Shown here piece by piece: positions 54,301-64,000 of a DNA stretch of 64,000 nucleotides. The stretch is from assembly GCF_006345805.1 (NCBI RefSeq), contig NC_043019.1, positions 20,149,360 through 20,213,359 on the forward strand, given 5' to 3'. The notes under the pieces were generated by a model that did not search any database, was not told the origin of the DNA, and saw only the letters and a list, made by a program, of their open reading frames with translations. This DNA is from Octopus sinensis. Lineage: Eukaryota. Positions within the stretch are counted from its first letter, which is position 1, and each line of letters starts with the position of its first letter. Made by a program: the position numbers and the translations under genes.

Positions 54301-56652
54301 GAGGGGAGGGTTGAGACACAAAAAGGGGAGGCCGCTAGAGCCAAGGGGTTTACCTCATAGTCACATTCCATAGTGTTGTAGTGTGACAAACGCTGCTCAT
54401 AACGAGATATCTTCTTCTGGGAACCTTCCAGCTTCTCTTTTAGAACAGCTGTCATTTCTTGATGATTCCTGGAAATATAAGAATGCCATCACAATCACCA
54501 TAACCACCAACATCATTAATGAACTTGTCTATGTGATCAATCTGCTAGAAATAGCTACGATATTCCCCTCAAATCACACTCTACATTCTTAAAAAGAAAA
54601 AAGAGAACACATCATCATCATCATCATCATTTAGCGTCCGCTTTCCATGCTAGCATGGGTTGGACGGTTCAACTGGGGTCTGTGAAGCTGGAAGGCTTCG
54701 TCAGGCCCAGTCAGATCTGGCAGCGTTTCTACGGCTGGATGCCCTTCCTAACGCCAACCACTCCATGAGTGTAGTGGGTGCTTTTTACGTGCCACCTGCA
54801 CAGGTGCCAGACAGAGCTGGCAAACGGCCACAAACGGATGGTGCTTTTACGTGTCACCGGCACGGGGCCAGACAGGGCTGGCATTAGAATATATAGTCCT
54901 AGGTAGAGTATATCTGAAAGAATAAGAAAATAAACAGAACTTCCACCGTTGATTTGCCTGCTCAATCAAGTCAGACCCAGGGCTACACAACATCGTCATC
55001 ATGACCATAGACTCTACTAATAACACCTACATCACTCCACCACCCACCCCAAATTAACCCTTTAGCATTTAAACCAGCCTTACCTGACCCTGCTGTACTC
55101 AAGGAAACCCATCCTCCACAGCAGAAGTGTTCAGGCCACATCTAGTGAAGAGACCTGTGCCAGTGCCATATAAAAGTGCTCATGCTGGTGGCACATTAAA
55201 AGCACCCAGCACTCGCTGTAAAGTGGTTGGTGTTAGGAAAAGCATCCAACCATGGAAACTAAGCCAAATCAGACTGGAACCTGGTGCAGTTCTCCAGCAT
55301 GCCACCAGCCTTGGTCAAACTGTCCAACCCATGCCAGCATGGAAAACGAACGTTAAAGGATGATTACATTTTCTTCTCATCTACCAAAATCACTGCTGCC
55401 TTCTGCTCCCCACCCCATTCCACAATTAGCCTCCACCCACCACAATCATCATCACCTACCATACACACACAATGATGGAAAAAAAAACAACCCCAAAACG
55501 CTATGACCTGCAGAACAGCCAAACCCAAGTGAAAAGTATAAGGTACAATGCTGACTCCTTACTTAAGGTAGGTGTTATCGACTTTTAACATTTCCAATTC
55601 CTTCTCCAGTTCTTCCATCTTTGAGAGCTGCACTTTGAGGTTCTTCCTCAGAATCAATTCCTCTTCATACTGAGCAAGTTTCTGCTCCAGTTCCTGAAAT
55701 TAAAGTAAAGCGAGAGAGATATGCAGTGATATATATTTCTTTACTACCCACAAGGGGCTAAACACAGACGGGACAAATAAGGACAGACAAACGGATTAAG
55801 TCGATTACATCGACCCCAGTGAACTGGTACTTAATTTATCGACCCCGAAAGGATGAAAGGCAAAGTCGACCTCGGCGGAATTTGAACTCAGAACGTAGCG
55901 GCAGACAAAATACCGCTAAGCATTTCGCCCGGCATGCTAACGTTTCTGCCAGCTCGCCGCCTTTTATGCAGTGATATACATCTGGAAAATTCTGGGGGGG
56001 TCTTGTCCCAAACTTTGGCATTCAAAGTTACCCCAACCGCAGAACGGGGTGCCAAAGATCCCAACATCACCATCAAAATACAGGACCATATACTGCAACA
56101 GCTTGAGTTTCAGAGGACCACAGCTCTTCAATATCCTTCCTAAATATCTGAGAGACCTGCATGGTGTGGATGTGGGTTCCTTTAAAACTAAATTGGATCT
56201 CTTCTTGTCAAGGGTCCCAGATGAACCTACCTCTCGGCAGGAAACACAGATGCGAGCAGCGGCATCGAACTCCCTTGTTGATCAAGTGCCATGTATCAGA
56301 GGTGGTTTCACATACTAGTGTAGCTCATTCAACGGTTGTGCCCCAGCATGGCCACAGCCTTCGGGCCGAAACATTTTTAAGGAATTTAAGGATTTACACA
56401 AATGATTGTCATTGGCATCATCACCATAATACCCACATTTCCATAATCACATAGGGTGGGATGGTATTTGTCGAGGTGGATTTTCCACAGCCGGATACCC
56501 TTCCTGTTGCCAACCCTCACTTGCTTCCAAGCAAATTAATATTTCCTCCCCATAACTGACATGTTTTCACAGAAGATTGGAAATGCAGGACACACATTTA
56601 CAACTACCATGTGATGTTGAGGGAAGGAGACAGAAACCTCAATGTCCCCATA

Positions 56653-56688
<36 letters not shown>

Positions 56689-59600
56689 AGATGGTTGGTG
56701 CTAAGAAGGGCATCCAGCTGTGAAAACCATGCCAAAACAGACAATGAACCTGGTGCACCCATTAGAATCAAAGGTGATGGGGAAAAAGGTTTTAAAATAA
56801 CCCACCTTTACCAATTTGTAGGCAGTTTCCATACCATCTTTGTAAGCTTTCATTTCCACTATCTGCTCCTGTGCACCTATAAGGAGTCTGAAATAAAGAT
56901 ATTGGTTTCTTATAAAATAAGAAAGAAACAGACACAAAGTTTATTTGGAGGTAAACAAGCTAATATAAACAGTTAACGCTTTAGCATTCAGATTTAATGT
57001 CAAATGTAACACTTATTCACATTGTTTTTGAATTAATAATGCATTATTTTGTAGTTTCAAGATTTCAATGAAGTGACTTGCTTATTTTTAGAATGACATT
57101 GTAGGGTAGGTGTGAGAGACTGGATCTGGACAGCTTGAACATAAAATATTTTGTCCAGATAAGGACGGATTTACCCCTATTTAAATGAGGTCCCTGTACC
57201 TCTGCAACTTACTTTTTTGTAGACAATAGTTGAGTCTTCATCTCAGATAACTCACTTTGACTGGTCTGTAACTTTGTCTGTACATCAAACAGCTTTTCCT
57301 TGTGGGAGCGTATGTCTTGGTCATGTTCCAGGATTTTCTGGGAGAATATAAGGGTGAGAGTAAGTAAGAACATGGAGTCAGAATAGGAGTGAAAGAGATG
57401 TGAGGAAGATGTAAGAGTGTAGCTCGAGATGATGATCATGGTGGTGATGTTGATGATAATGGTGATGTCCACAATGTTAAGGATGATAACAGTGATGATG
57501 GTATTGATGAGGAGGTAATGATGATTTTGGCGGTATGCTTAGCGGTATTTCGTCTGTCTCTACGTTCTGAGTTCAAATTCCGCCGAGGTCAACTTTGCCT
57601 TTCATCCTTTCGGGGTCGATAAATTAAGTACCAGTTACGCACTGGGGTCGATGTAATCGACTTAATACCTATGTCTGTCCTTGTTTGTCCGCTCTGTGTT
57701 TAGCCCCTTGTGGGTAATAAAGAAATAGGTATTTCGTCTGTCGTTACGTTGTGAGTTCAAATTCCGCCGAGGTCGACTTTGCCTTTCATCCTTTCGGGGT
57801 CGATAAATTAAGTACCAGTTACGCACTGGGGTCGATGTAATCGACTTAATACCCATGTCTGTCCTTGTTTGTCCGCTCTGTGTTTAGCCCCTTGTGGGTA
57901 ATAAAGAAATAGGTATTTCGTCTGTCGTTACGTTGTGAGTTCAAATTCCGCCGAGGTCGACTTTGCCTTTCATCCTTTCGGGGTCGATTAAATAAGTACC
58001 AGTTACACACTGTTTATTTTTAAAATGACATTGTAGAGTTGGTTTGAGAGACCAGATCTGGTCAGTTTGAACATAAAACAGAATATTTTGACTGGATATG
58101 GCAGATTTAAATACTAAAAGATTAACCATCTTTAATGGATACCTAGATGTATATAATCGACTTAATCCGGGTGTCTGTCTTTGTTTGTCCCCTCTGTGTT
58201 TAGCCCCTTGAGGGAAATAAACAAATAAGTAATGATGATGATTGTGATGCTGACTAAAGATTATACTAAAAGACAGTGGTGATGATCAAAAAAGAGAATG
58301 ACCAAAGGTCAAATAATGATGATGGTGATGATCCTCATCATCATCATTTAGCATCCGCTTTCCATGCTGGCATGGGTTGGACGGTGCAACTGGGGTCTGG
58401 GAAGCCAGAAGGCTGCACCAGGCCCAGTCTGATCTGGCAATGTTTCTACGGCTGGATGCCCTTCCTAACGCCAACCACTTCGTGAGTGTAGTGGGTGCTT
58501 TTTACGTGCCACGGGATGCTGGCAAACAAAAAAAAACATAGAAAAGTAGCAGAGGAAGAGAAGTGAGAGTAATAAGGTAAATGGTGGTGTAAAAACATGG
58601 ATGAAACTGTGTGAGGTAATAACAGTAAAAGTAGCATTACCTGCTGTTTCTGGCAGTCTGAAGCCACTGCTGCCTTCTTCAAAGCAACAATCTCCGAATC
58701 CATTTTGTTTAGTTTGTGAGCCATTTCAGCATTTTCTCCTTGAAGATGCTTCTCTTTCTCATAGAGCAGCTTCAACTGCGTCCGCAGTTCGTCGGCCTTC
58801 TCCTGGCATTGCTGCAATGGTCAAAATACACAGCACATGATCAACAACCAACCAACCAAGCACAAGTAAGGAACAATGGTTAACCCTTTCGTTACTATAT
58901 TTATTTTGAGATGCTCTGTGTTTCTTTCAGTTACTTTAAATATAACAAAGAATTTACTAAAATAACTTAGTTATCATTAAGCTAGTGTTAGGAACATAAA
59001 TTGTGACTAAGGTTTGGTGGAAGATTTTAATTCAAAACTTAAGAAAACAAGACATTTGTACAACAGAGCCAGAGCCAGTTTCAGCCGGGTTGGTAACGAA
59101 AGGGTTAAAGACATGTTGGACAATGATAAGTTAAGTTAGTTAAGTTAAGTTAATTTTTTGGCTCAAAAAGCAAAAAGCAAGGCCATGTAGGGGGACATGG
59201 AGTTATAATAAATATATAATGAAATTATTGTATACAGTGCTCAGGTGCACCACAACTTGTCAGAAAGGGCATATAAAGTACATGCAGTAATGTAGAAATG
59301 TCTGGAAAGCGAACAATGTATGAGTCAGATACATGCTTGCGTGTGTATGGAGGGGAGAAAATCAAGTGTAGTGTTGGCGAATCTCAGGAAGCATGGAAGT
59401 TTTGAAGGATGCAGTGCTCCGACAACTAACAACCGATGCCGGCAGTTTGTTCCATGCTTCAGCAACTCTCAGCATGAAAAAATGTTTCCTGAAGTCATGG
59501 GAGCTGTGCTGTTTTCTTAGGGTGGTGTTCATGCAAAGAGTTCAGGCCATTTGTGGTCAAGGGAGACTTTGAACCGAGCGGTCGTCGGCATCTTCACTAT

Positions 59601-61689
59601 CTCGTCCAGCAGTTTATTCCATGGATCCGCAACCCGGACGGAGAAAGCCCCTCTCCTTCGATTGAGATGAAATCGTCACAGATAAAGCTTTTCGGAGTGA
59701 CCCCGCAGCCGACGCTCTGGAGCAGGAGTGAAGAACAGCTTTTTCGAGGACAAGCAATAGTAAAACATACAAGGTTTATTTTGTAGCTTTCCAACAGTAA
59801 GCACAGGCCTGACCATGTGGTAAGAAGGTTGCTTCTCAACCACATGGTTTTGAGTTCCATCCCACAGCATGGCATCTTAGGCAAGTGTCTTCTACTAAAG
59901 CTGTAGGACAACCAAATCCTTGTGAGAGGATTTGGTACACAGAAACCGAAGAAAAAGCTCACTGTGCATGTGTGTGTCTAGATGTCTTTCATGTTGCTCA
60001 CCCTCTTAATTATTTTTCCAGTGAAGTATATTTATTCTCCCTGGTTTTCTCTACAAGAAATCAACAAAACTGTTGTGTGATATATTGCTTACTAGATTAA
60101 ACACGCATATATCCATCAACACCAACATCAAAATAAAAATCAAATGGAAATTGTAGTTAAGACACCTGTGCCGGTGACACGTAAAAAGCACCGTCCACAC
60201 GTGGCAGATGCTAGCGCCGCCTGACTGGCGTCCGTGTTGGTGACACGTAAAAGCATCAACCGATCGTGGCCGCTTGCCAGCCTCCTGTGGCACGTAAATA
60301 GCACCCACTACACTCACGGAGTGGTTGGCGTTAGGAAGGGCATCCAGCTGTAGAATCACTGCCAAACCAGACTGGAACCTGGTGCAGCCTCCATGGCTTA
60401 CCAGACCCTGGTCGAACCGTCCAACCCATGCTAGCATGGAAAACGGATGTTAAATGATGATGATATACCAAGCCGGTGACACGTAAAAGGCACCTGTATC
60501 AATGACACATAAAAGGCACCAACTACACAAATGTCGTTCATTTTCAGTCTTTCAAGAAAAATATGTCAGGCCATTGGGAAATATTACGTTACGTAGAAAC
60601 AAGTGGGGGTTGGCCACAAGAAGGGCATCCAGCCATTGAAAATCTGCTTCAACAAATTCCTGGAAAAGTGGGCCTTAAAACAATGACAATGACAAATGAT
60701 GATAAAAGAAAAGAGAATTTGTTTGGGTTTTTTTCTTTCTATAACCCTTTAGTATTCACCTTATTCTGTCAAAAGTGGTGGTAGCTGCCCCCTTGTTATC
60801 GAGTATGGCCACTGCACGAAGCTTAATCAATGTTGTTATTGTGCAATGCCTGTGCAAGAAGATTTTTTTTAAAGTGAGGAAAGGCTGTGCACTGAGTCAA
60901 TCCCACTCACTAAGCAACAGCAGCCATAATCCGAAAAGAAGAACAAGTCAACATCATCGGTAACCACTGAGCCGCAGGTTTTATGTTGGAGTTATCCCAG
61001 TTACCTGAGTTAGCTTCTCCAAGAAGGATGCCCTAACAAAGGCTAGGAGTCCTTCACTCCCAATGGTTTAACCGCGCGATCGGGTATTCAGTCCGATTAT
61101 TTCTATGTCCCCGCGCATGATACAGCCTTAAGACATTTATTGGATGGCCGTTGACTCTCAAGAGCTCCACCGCCCTTTGATGGGTTTTGTTTTTCATCCC
61201 GCAGGGTGTCCAGTAAACACCCTCCTCACCAAGCAAGCTTGGTGGGGTTACCGGTTTAGTCGCTGATGACCCGACCATGCAACAGGTTGTACTGGGTTAC
61301 ATGTTACCAGTAGCACTCAAAAGTAATGCTTCTTTTATTCACAATGTCTTGAACTGAACATGAAATATCTTGTAGTTCTAAGATTTTTAACCATGTGACT
61401 GTTTATTTTTAAAATGACATTGTAGGGTTGGTTTGAGAGACCAGATCTGGTCAGTTTGAACATAAAACAGAATATTTTGACTGGATATGGCTGATTTAAA
61501 TATTAAAAGATTAACCATCTTTAATGGATACCTCTTTCTCTTGCTTTTCCAAGTTGATCTGTTTTGTGGTCTCAATCAAAGACTGTTTCAGTTTCACTTC
61601 GAGGGCTTGAACCTGAGACTCGTATTTTGCAACATCACTCTTCCATTTCAGATATTTAGCTTCACGCAATGAAGTATCAAGTTCTTTGG
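40579..61689 (-). CDS. MAD1L1: Mitotic spindle assembly checkpoint protein MAD1 (multi-exon gene, 5' end incomplete)
   Basis: 15 exons with GT-AG boundaries and matching phases join into 2012 nt of open frame. The protein is a long coiled coil, then [17 protein letters not shown] (MAD2-interaction motif), [33 protein letters not shown], and a C-terminus LQLLETSFS...[20 protein letters not shown]. These match the MAD1 C-terminal RWD-like domain as recalled from human MAD1. Confidence 0.95.
41919..42109 (-). CDS. MAD1L1: MAD1 exon ([17 protein letters not shown]...DCLLFQ)
   Basis: ttttgtag acceptor, CAG|GTTGGT donor, 191 nt, phase 1/0. Confidence 0.95.
42505..42727 (-). CDS. MAD1L1: MAD1 exon with MAD2-interaction motif ([17 protein letters not shown])
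   Basis: gacag acceptor, G|GTAAGA donor, 223 nt, phase 0/1. Confidence 0.95.
44712..44802 (-). CDS. MAD1L1: MAD1 exon (EKIADLEKK...LEERQLQ)
   Basis: ttgcag acceptor, CAG|GTAAGT donor, 91 nt, phase 2/0. Confidence 0.9.
45534..45616 (-). CDS. MAD1L1: MAD1 exon (PVPSSMLQ...KIDLQL)
   Basis: cttgtag acceptor, AG|GTAAAT donor, 83 nt, phase 0/2; required for phase continuity. Confidence 0.8.
46538..46726 (-). CDS. MAD1L1: MAD1 exon ([15 protein letters not shown]...QLMIE)
   Basis: ttgcag acceptor, GAG|GTATCA donor, 189 nt, phase 0/0; matches the human ERDGMRAILGSYDSE region. Confidence 0.9.
47393..47448 (+). ncRNA. Small hammerhead-like variant
   Basis: GTCT-CCGATGA-A-[ATATCCCA/TGGGATAT hairpin]-GAA-ACAGCTGT-A-AGAC; perfect 8-nt palindromic stem III, GUA site. 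Confidence 0.5.
48850..49100 (-). mobile_element. tRNA/CORE-type SINE
   Basis: tggaggcgtgtggcttagtggttag head, ggtttcgattcc B box, ttgagcaaaacacttcatttcac core; partial relatives at 14905-15000 and 39170-39290. Confidence 0.7.
50349..50493 (-). CDS. MAD1L1: MAD1 exon ([10 protein letters not shown]...[10 protein letters not shown])
   Basis: gttacag acceptor, GCA|GTAAAT donor, 145 nt, phase 2/0. Confidence 0.85.
51327..51457. mobile_element. Tc1/mariner-type MITE
   Basis: TIR CAGGGTGTCCCAAAAAAATGTATACAC and its reverse complement, in TA-rich flanks. Confidence 0.8.
51480..51540 (+). ncRNA. Hammerhead ribozyme motif (pLTR copy A)
   Basis: GATAA-CTGAAGA-GATG...CATC-C-GAA-ACTCAGAGT-T-TTATC. 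Confidence 0.65.
51758..51792 (-). ncRNA. Small hammerhead-like variant
   Basis: Minus strand GTTT-CCGACGA-A-GAGC(TCA)GCTC-GAA-ATGT-T-AAAC; U4C change and an extra A after A9. Confidence 0.45.
51903..51965 (-). ncRNA. Hammerhead ribozyme motif (pLTR copy B, sense to MAD1)
   Basis: Minus strand AGATAA-CTGAAGA-GATG...CATC-T-GAA-ACTCGGAGT-T-TTATCT. Confidence 0.7.
51985..52047 (+). ncRNA. Hammerhead ribozyme motif (pLTR copy C)
   Basis: AGATAA-CTGATGA-GATG...CATC-C-GAA-ACTGAGAGT-T-TTATCT. Confidence 0.65.
52206..52292 (-). CDS. MAD1L1: MAD1 exon ([13 protein letters not shown]...KLQA)
   Basis: ctcacag acceptor, GTAAGT donor, 87 nt, phase 2/2. Confidence 0.85.
52864..52928 (-). CDS. MAD1L1: MAD1 exon ([21 protein letters not shown])
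   Basis: tttgttag acceptor, GTGAGT donor, 65 nt, phase 0/2; conserved Trp as in LQSWERL. Confidence 0.85.
54354..54468 (-). CDS. MAD1L1: MAD1 exon ([15 protein letters not shown]...ECDYE)
   Basis: tttccag acceptor, GAG|GTAAAC donor, 115 nt, phase 2/0. Confidence 0.85.
55563..55693 (-). CDS. MAD1L1: MAD1 exon ([11 protein letters not shown]...DNTYL)
   Basis: tttcag acceptor, GTAAGG donor, 131 nt, phase 0/2; resembles human DLEQKL...LERELKQL. Confidence 0.9.
55975..56325 (+). mobile_element. CR1/L2-type LINE 3' end
   Basis: [15 protein letters not shown]...[16 protein letters not shown]...AAASNSL. Confidence 0.8.
56806..56887 (-). CDS. MAD1L1: MAD1 exon (LLIGAQEQ...YKLVK)
   Basis: tttcag acceptor, AAG|GTGGGT donor, 82 nt, phase 2/0; bridges the phases of the flanking exons. 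Confidence 0.8.
57213..57337 (-). CDS. MAD1L1: MAD1 exon (KILEHDQD...LLSTK)
   Basis: ctcccag acceptor, GTAAGT donor, 125 nt, phase 0/2. Confidence 0.85.
58641..58811 (-). CDS. MAD1L1: MAD1 exon ([10 protein letters not shown]...DCQKQQ)
   Basis: ttgcag acceptor, CAG|GTAATG donor, 171 nt, phase 0/0. Confidence 0.85.
61532..61689 (-). CDS. MAD1L1: MAD1 exon ([12 protein letters not shown]...LEKQEKE)
   Basis: tttcag acceptor, GAG|GTATCC donor, 158 nt, phase 1 in / 0 out. Confidence 0.8.
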
Positions 61690-61856
61690 CTGAAATACAC
61701 AAACCAACTAGTCAATCATTTAAAAATCATTTAAAATAATTGAAATCAAAATCCTTCACACAAACATAAAAACAAGTTTATAAGATCTCTTTAATACTTA
61801 AGGGTATCCCTTGGCACATCTTCAATCAAGCATTCCTAAGGTATTTTTCAATGCTA

Positions 61857-61893
<37 letters not shown>

Positions 61894-62325
61894 TCCCTCT
61901 GAAAGGTAGCATCAGCTAGCCAGGCTATCTGAAGCAGTTTGATTCATGAAGCGAGTCATGGCCATTGGTGAAGGACCAGAACCAGATACTATATGTGTAT
62001 GTGTGAGTGTGTGTGTGTGTGTGTACTGTCTCCTTGCCTTGACATCACATGATAGTCATAAGAGAGTGTCACCATCATGCAAGCGATGTCTTTTTGTTTC
62101 CAATGAAAGTGTCTGGCCATGGGAAAAATATTGCCTGATTTAGAAACAGGTGTGGGTTGGGCACCGGAAGGGCATTCAGCCACAGAAAATCTGCCTCAAT
62201 GAATTTCACTTGACCCATGCACTCATGGAAAATTGGACGTTAAAACAATGATGACAATTCGCATCATTGAGATATTCTGGGGGTTGTTGGACACTGTCTT
62301 AGGCATGAAGCCCTCCTCTGCTTAC

Positions 62326-62358
62326 TGTAAGAAGAGGAGAACATCAGCGAGATGAATT
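62326..62358 (-). CDS. MAD1L1: Candidate upstream MAD1 micro-exon (EFISLMFSSSY)
   Basis: Ends in A|GTAAGC, a phase-1 donor that matches the phase needed by exon 61532-61689. The acceptor is weak, so this could instead be an intronic pyrimidine tract. Confidence 0.25.
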
Positions 62359-63521
62359 CTTCAACAATATCAACAAAGTAGACGTAGGTGTGGCTGTGTG
62401 GTAAGAACCTTGCTTCCCAACCATAGGGTTCAGTTCCATTGCATGGCACCTTGAGCAAGTTTCTTCTACCATAGTCTGTGAGTGGATTTGGTAGATGGAA
62501 ACTGAAAGAAGCCCATAGTGTGTGTGCCTATGTTTGTCCTCTACCACCACTTGACAACTGGTGTTGGTGCTTACATCTCTGAGCCTGGCACAGCCTTCCA
62601 GCATCCCAGCCCAGTCAAACCGTCCAACCTATGCCAGCATGAACAACAGACGTTAAATGATGATGATGATCACTCAGCTGTCCAGCAAAAAATAAGTACT
62701 GGGGTCAATACATTTGAGTAAAATATTTTTCAAGGCAGTGCTCCAGCATGGCTGCAGTCTAATGACTGAAACAAGTAAAAGATAAAGAAGAAACTAGCAG
62801 CCCATTCCACATACGTGACAATCAATATGCTGGAAATAACACCTAAATCTCACTTAAATCACACCAAAGCATCTTTAAAAAAGAATACATCGAGAATTAG
62901 ATTATCCTGTAACTGTGATATAATTAAGAATCATCATGGGTAGAGTGTTCTTGGGTTAAACAACAACTGCATGATTACAAAAAGCTAGTAAAGGGGCCTC
63001 TACATGGTTGCTAAACCTGCTAGAAATGGTATCCACGTCTCCCTCAAATCAGGTTATTATCTTAAAAAAAGCAGGACACATTAAATAATGAAAATCCCAA
63101 TACACAAAAAGGAGGGACGGTCATAATTGGAATGCCTTAAATAATAAGTCACTTTGATCAGGATTAACCTGGGCCTACAAAGCAACATCTGTAATAGTTA
63201 CAAGCTGGAGTATTACCTGAGATGAGAGAGATTTGGCTGCTATTTCTAGAGACTGCATAGTCTTCTTTGTTGGTTATTGTTATTTAGCCCCAGGTCAGTC
63301 CTAAAACACCAGACATATGATCACAGTCATTCCAACCCTGACTATCCAGTCTTTTTCCAAGGCTATATTATTTAATGTGTCTTTCCCAGAGAAAGTAAAA
63401 TGAAATGACTTTTGAGAGTTGTGGCTGCTATTTCTAGCAAGTGAAGTGCCACCACAGAGGCTTCACTGTTGGCTCAGTAGGTGACTGTGATACAGTGAGG
63501 TACATGGATCAAACATTTAGA

Positions 63522-63667
63522 CTAGGCATGGGCAACCTTTTCCAAAAAGTGGGCCCCATGAGATGTGGCTCACTATCAGGCAGGCCACACTACTAAAAAA
63601 ATTCAAGGTAAATTTTCATTAGGTGTGTCATTCCTAAAATCCTGCAGACTGCAGGTTGCCCATCATT
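63522..63667. mobile_element. hAT-like MITE
   Basis: Termini taggcatgggcaacct / aggttgcccatcattg. Confidence 0.45.
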
Positions 63668-63752
63668 GAATTAGAAATTAATGTATGAAACAGCTTTACT
63701 GCCTTATCCTAGAAAAAGAAAGAAAAAAACTTAAACAGAACATCAAGGTGAT

Positions 63753-63790
<38 letters not shown>

Positions 63791-64000
63791 ACAAAGGGTG
63801 AAACTAATTAATTAAGAAGTAATCAGTAATTTCACCAAGTAGAATTCGGCATGAAAAGGACCATTTCATGGTAAGCTTAAGTGATACTTTATAATTAGGG
63901 GGGTTCAGCAAAGATTTGCTTCACCACATACCGAAGTTTAGAAATAGCAGTCAAAAAAATCTTAGCTATTCCTTCTACTTTAAAGGGGGTTCCCAGAAAA

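Noticed and set aside
61260-61300. CTGATGA followed by a hairpin
   Set aside because: No downstream GAAA or stem I partner; part of an unclassified GC-richer repeat.
61317-61377. Open 61-nt pseudo-exon ([21 protein letters not shown]) in a MAD1 intron
   Set aside because: Phase 1 in / 2 out is incompatible with the phase 0/0 flanking exons; weak donor and repeat-derived acceptor.

Overview
AT-rich, repeat-dense animal genomic DNA with one 100-N scaffold gap (30552-30651). The SINE/LINE/microsatellite content suggests an octopus-like cephalopod (inference). Two spliced genes were reconstructed by hand on the minus strand. (1) MAD1 (spindle assembly checkpoint): 15 phase-consistent GT-AG coding exons from 61689 down to the stop at 40579, about 669 aa. 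The N-terminal ~45 aa are missing or uncertain. (2) An unannotated 3-coding-exon gene (17725 to 13783) for a 141-aa protein with a signal peptide, N-glycosylation sequons and a GPI-signal-like or membrane tail. The rest is tRNA-derived SINEs (several families), decayed LINEs (R4/Dong, CR1/L2-type, RTE, L1/Tx1, HERO-like), a full-length decayed mariner, Helitron-like and MITE elements, long palindromes in (TA)n tracts, and a disrupted coiled-coil pseudogene. The most notable non-coding signal is about nine minimal type I hammerhead-ribozyme-like motifs with palindromic stem III (Penelope pLTR type). Five of them cluster in one MAD1 intron, and a head-to-head pair lies just past the MAD1 poly(A) signal. 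No database searches, folding or alignments could be run; all calls come from manual reading.
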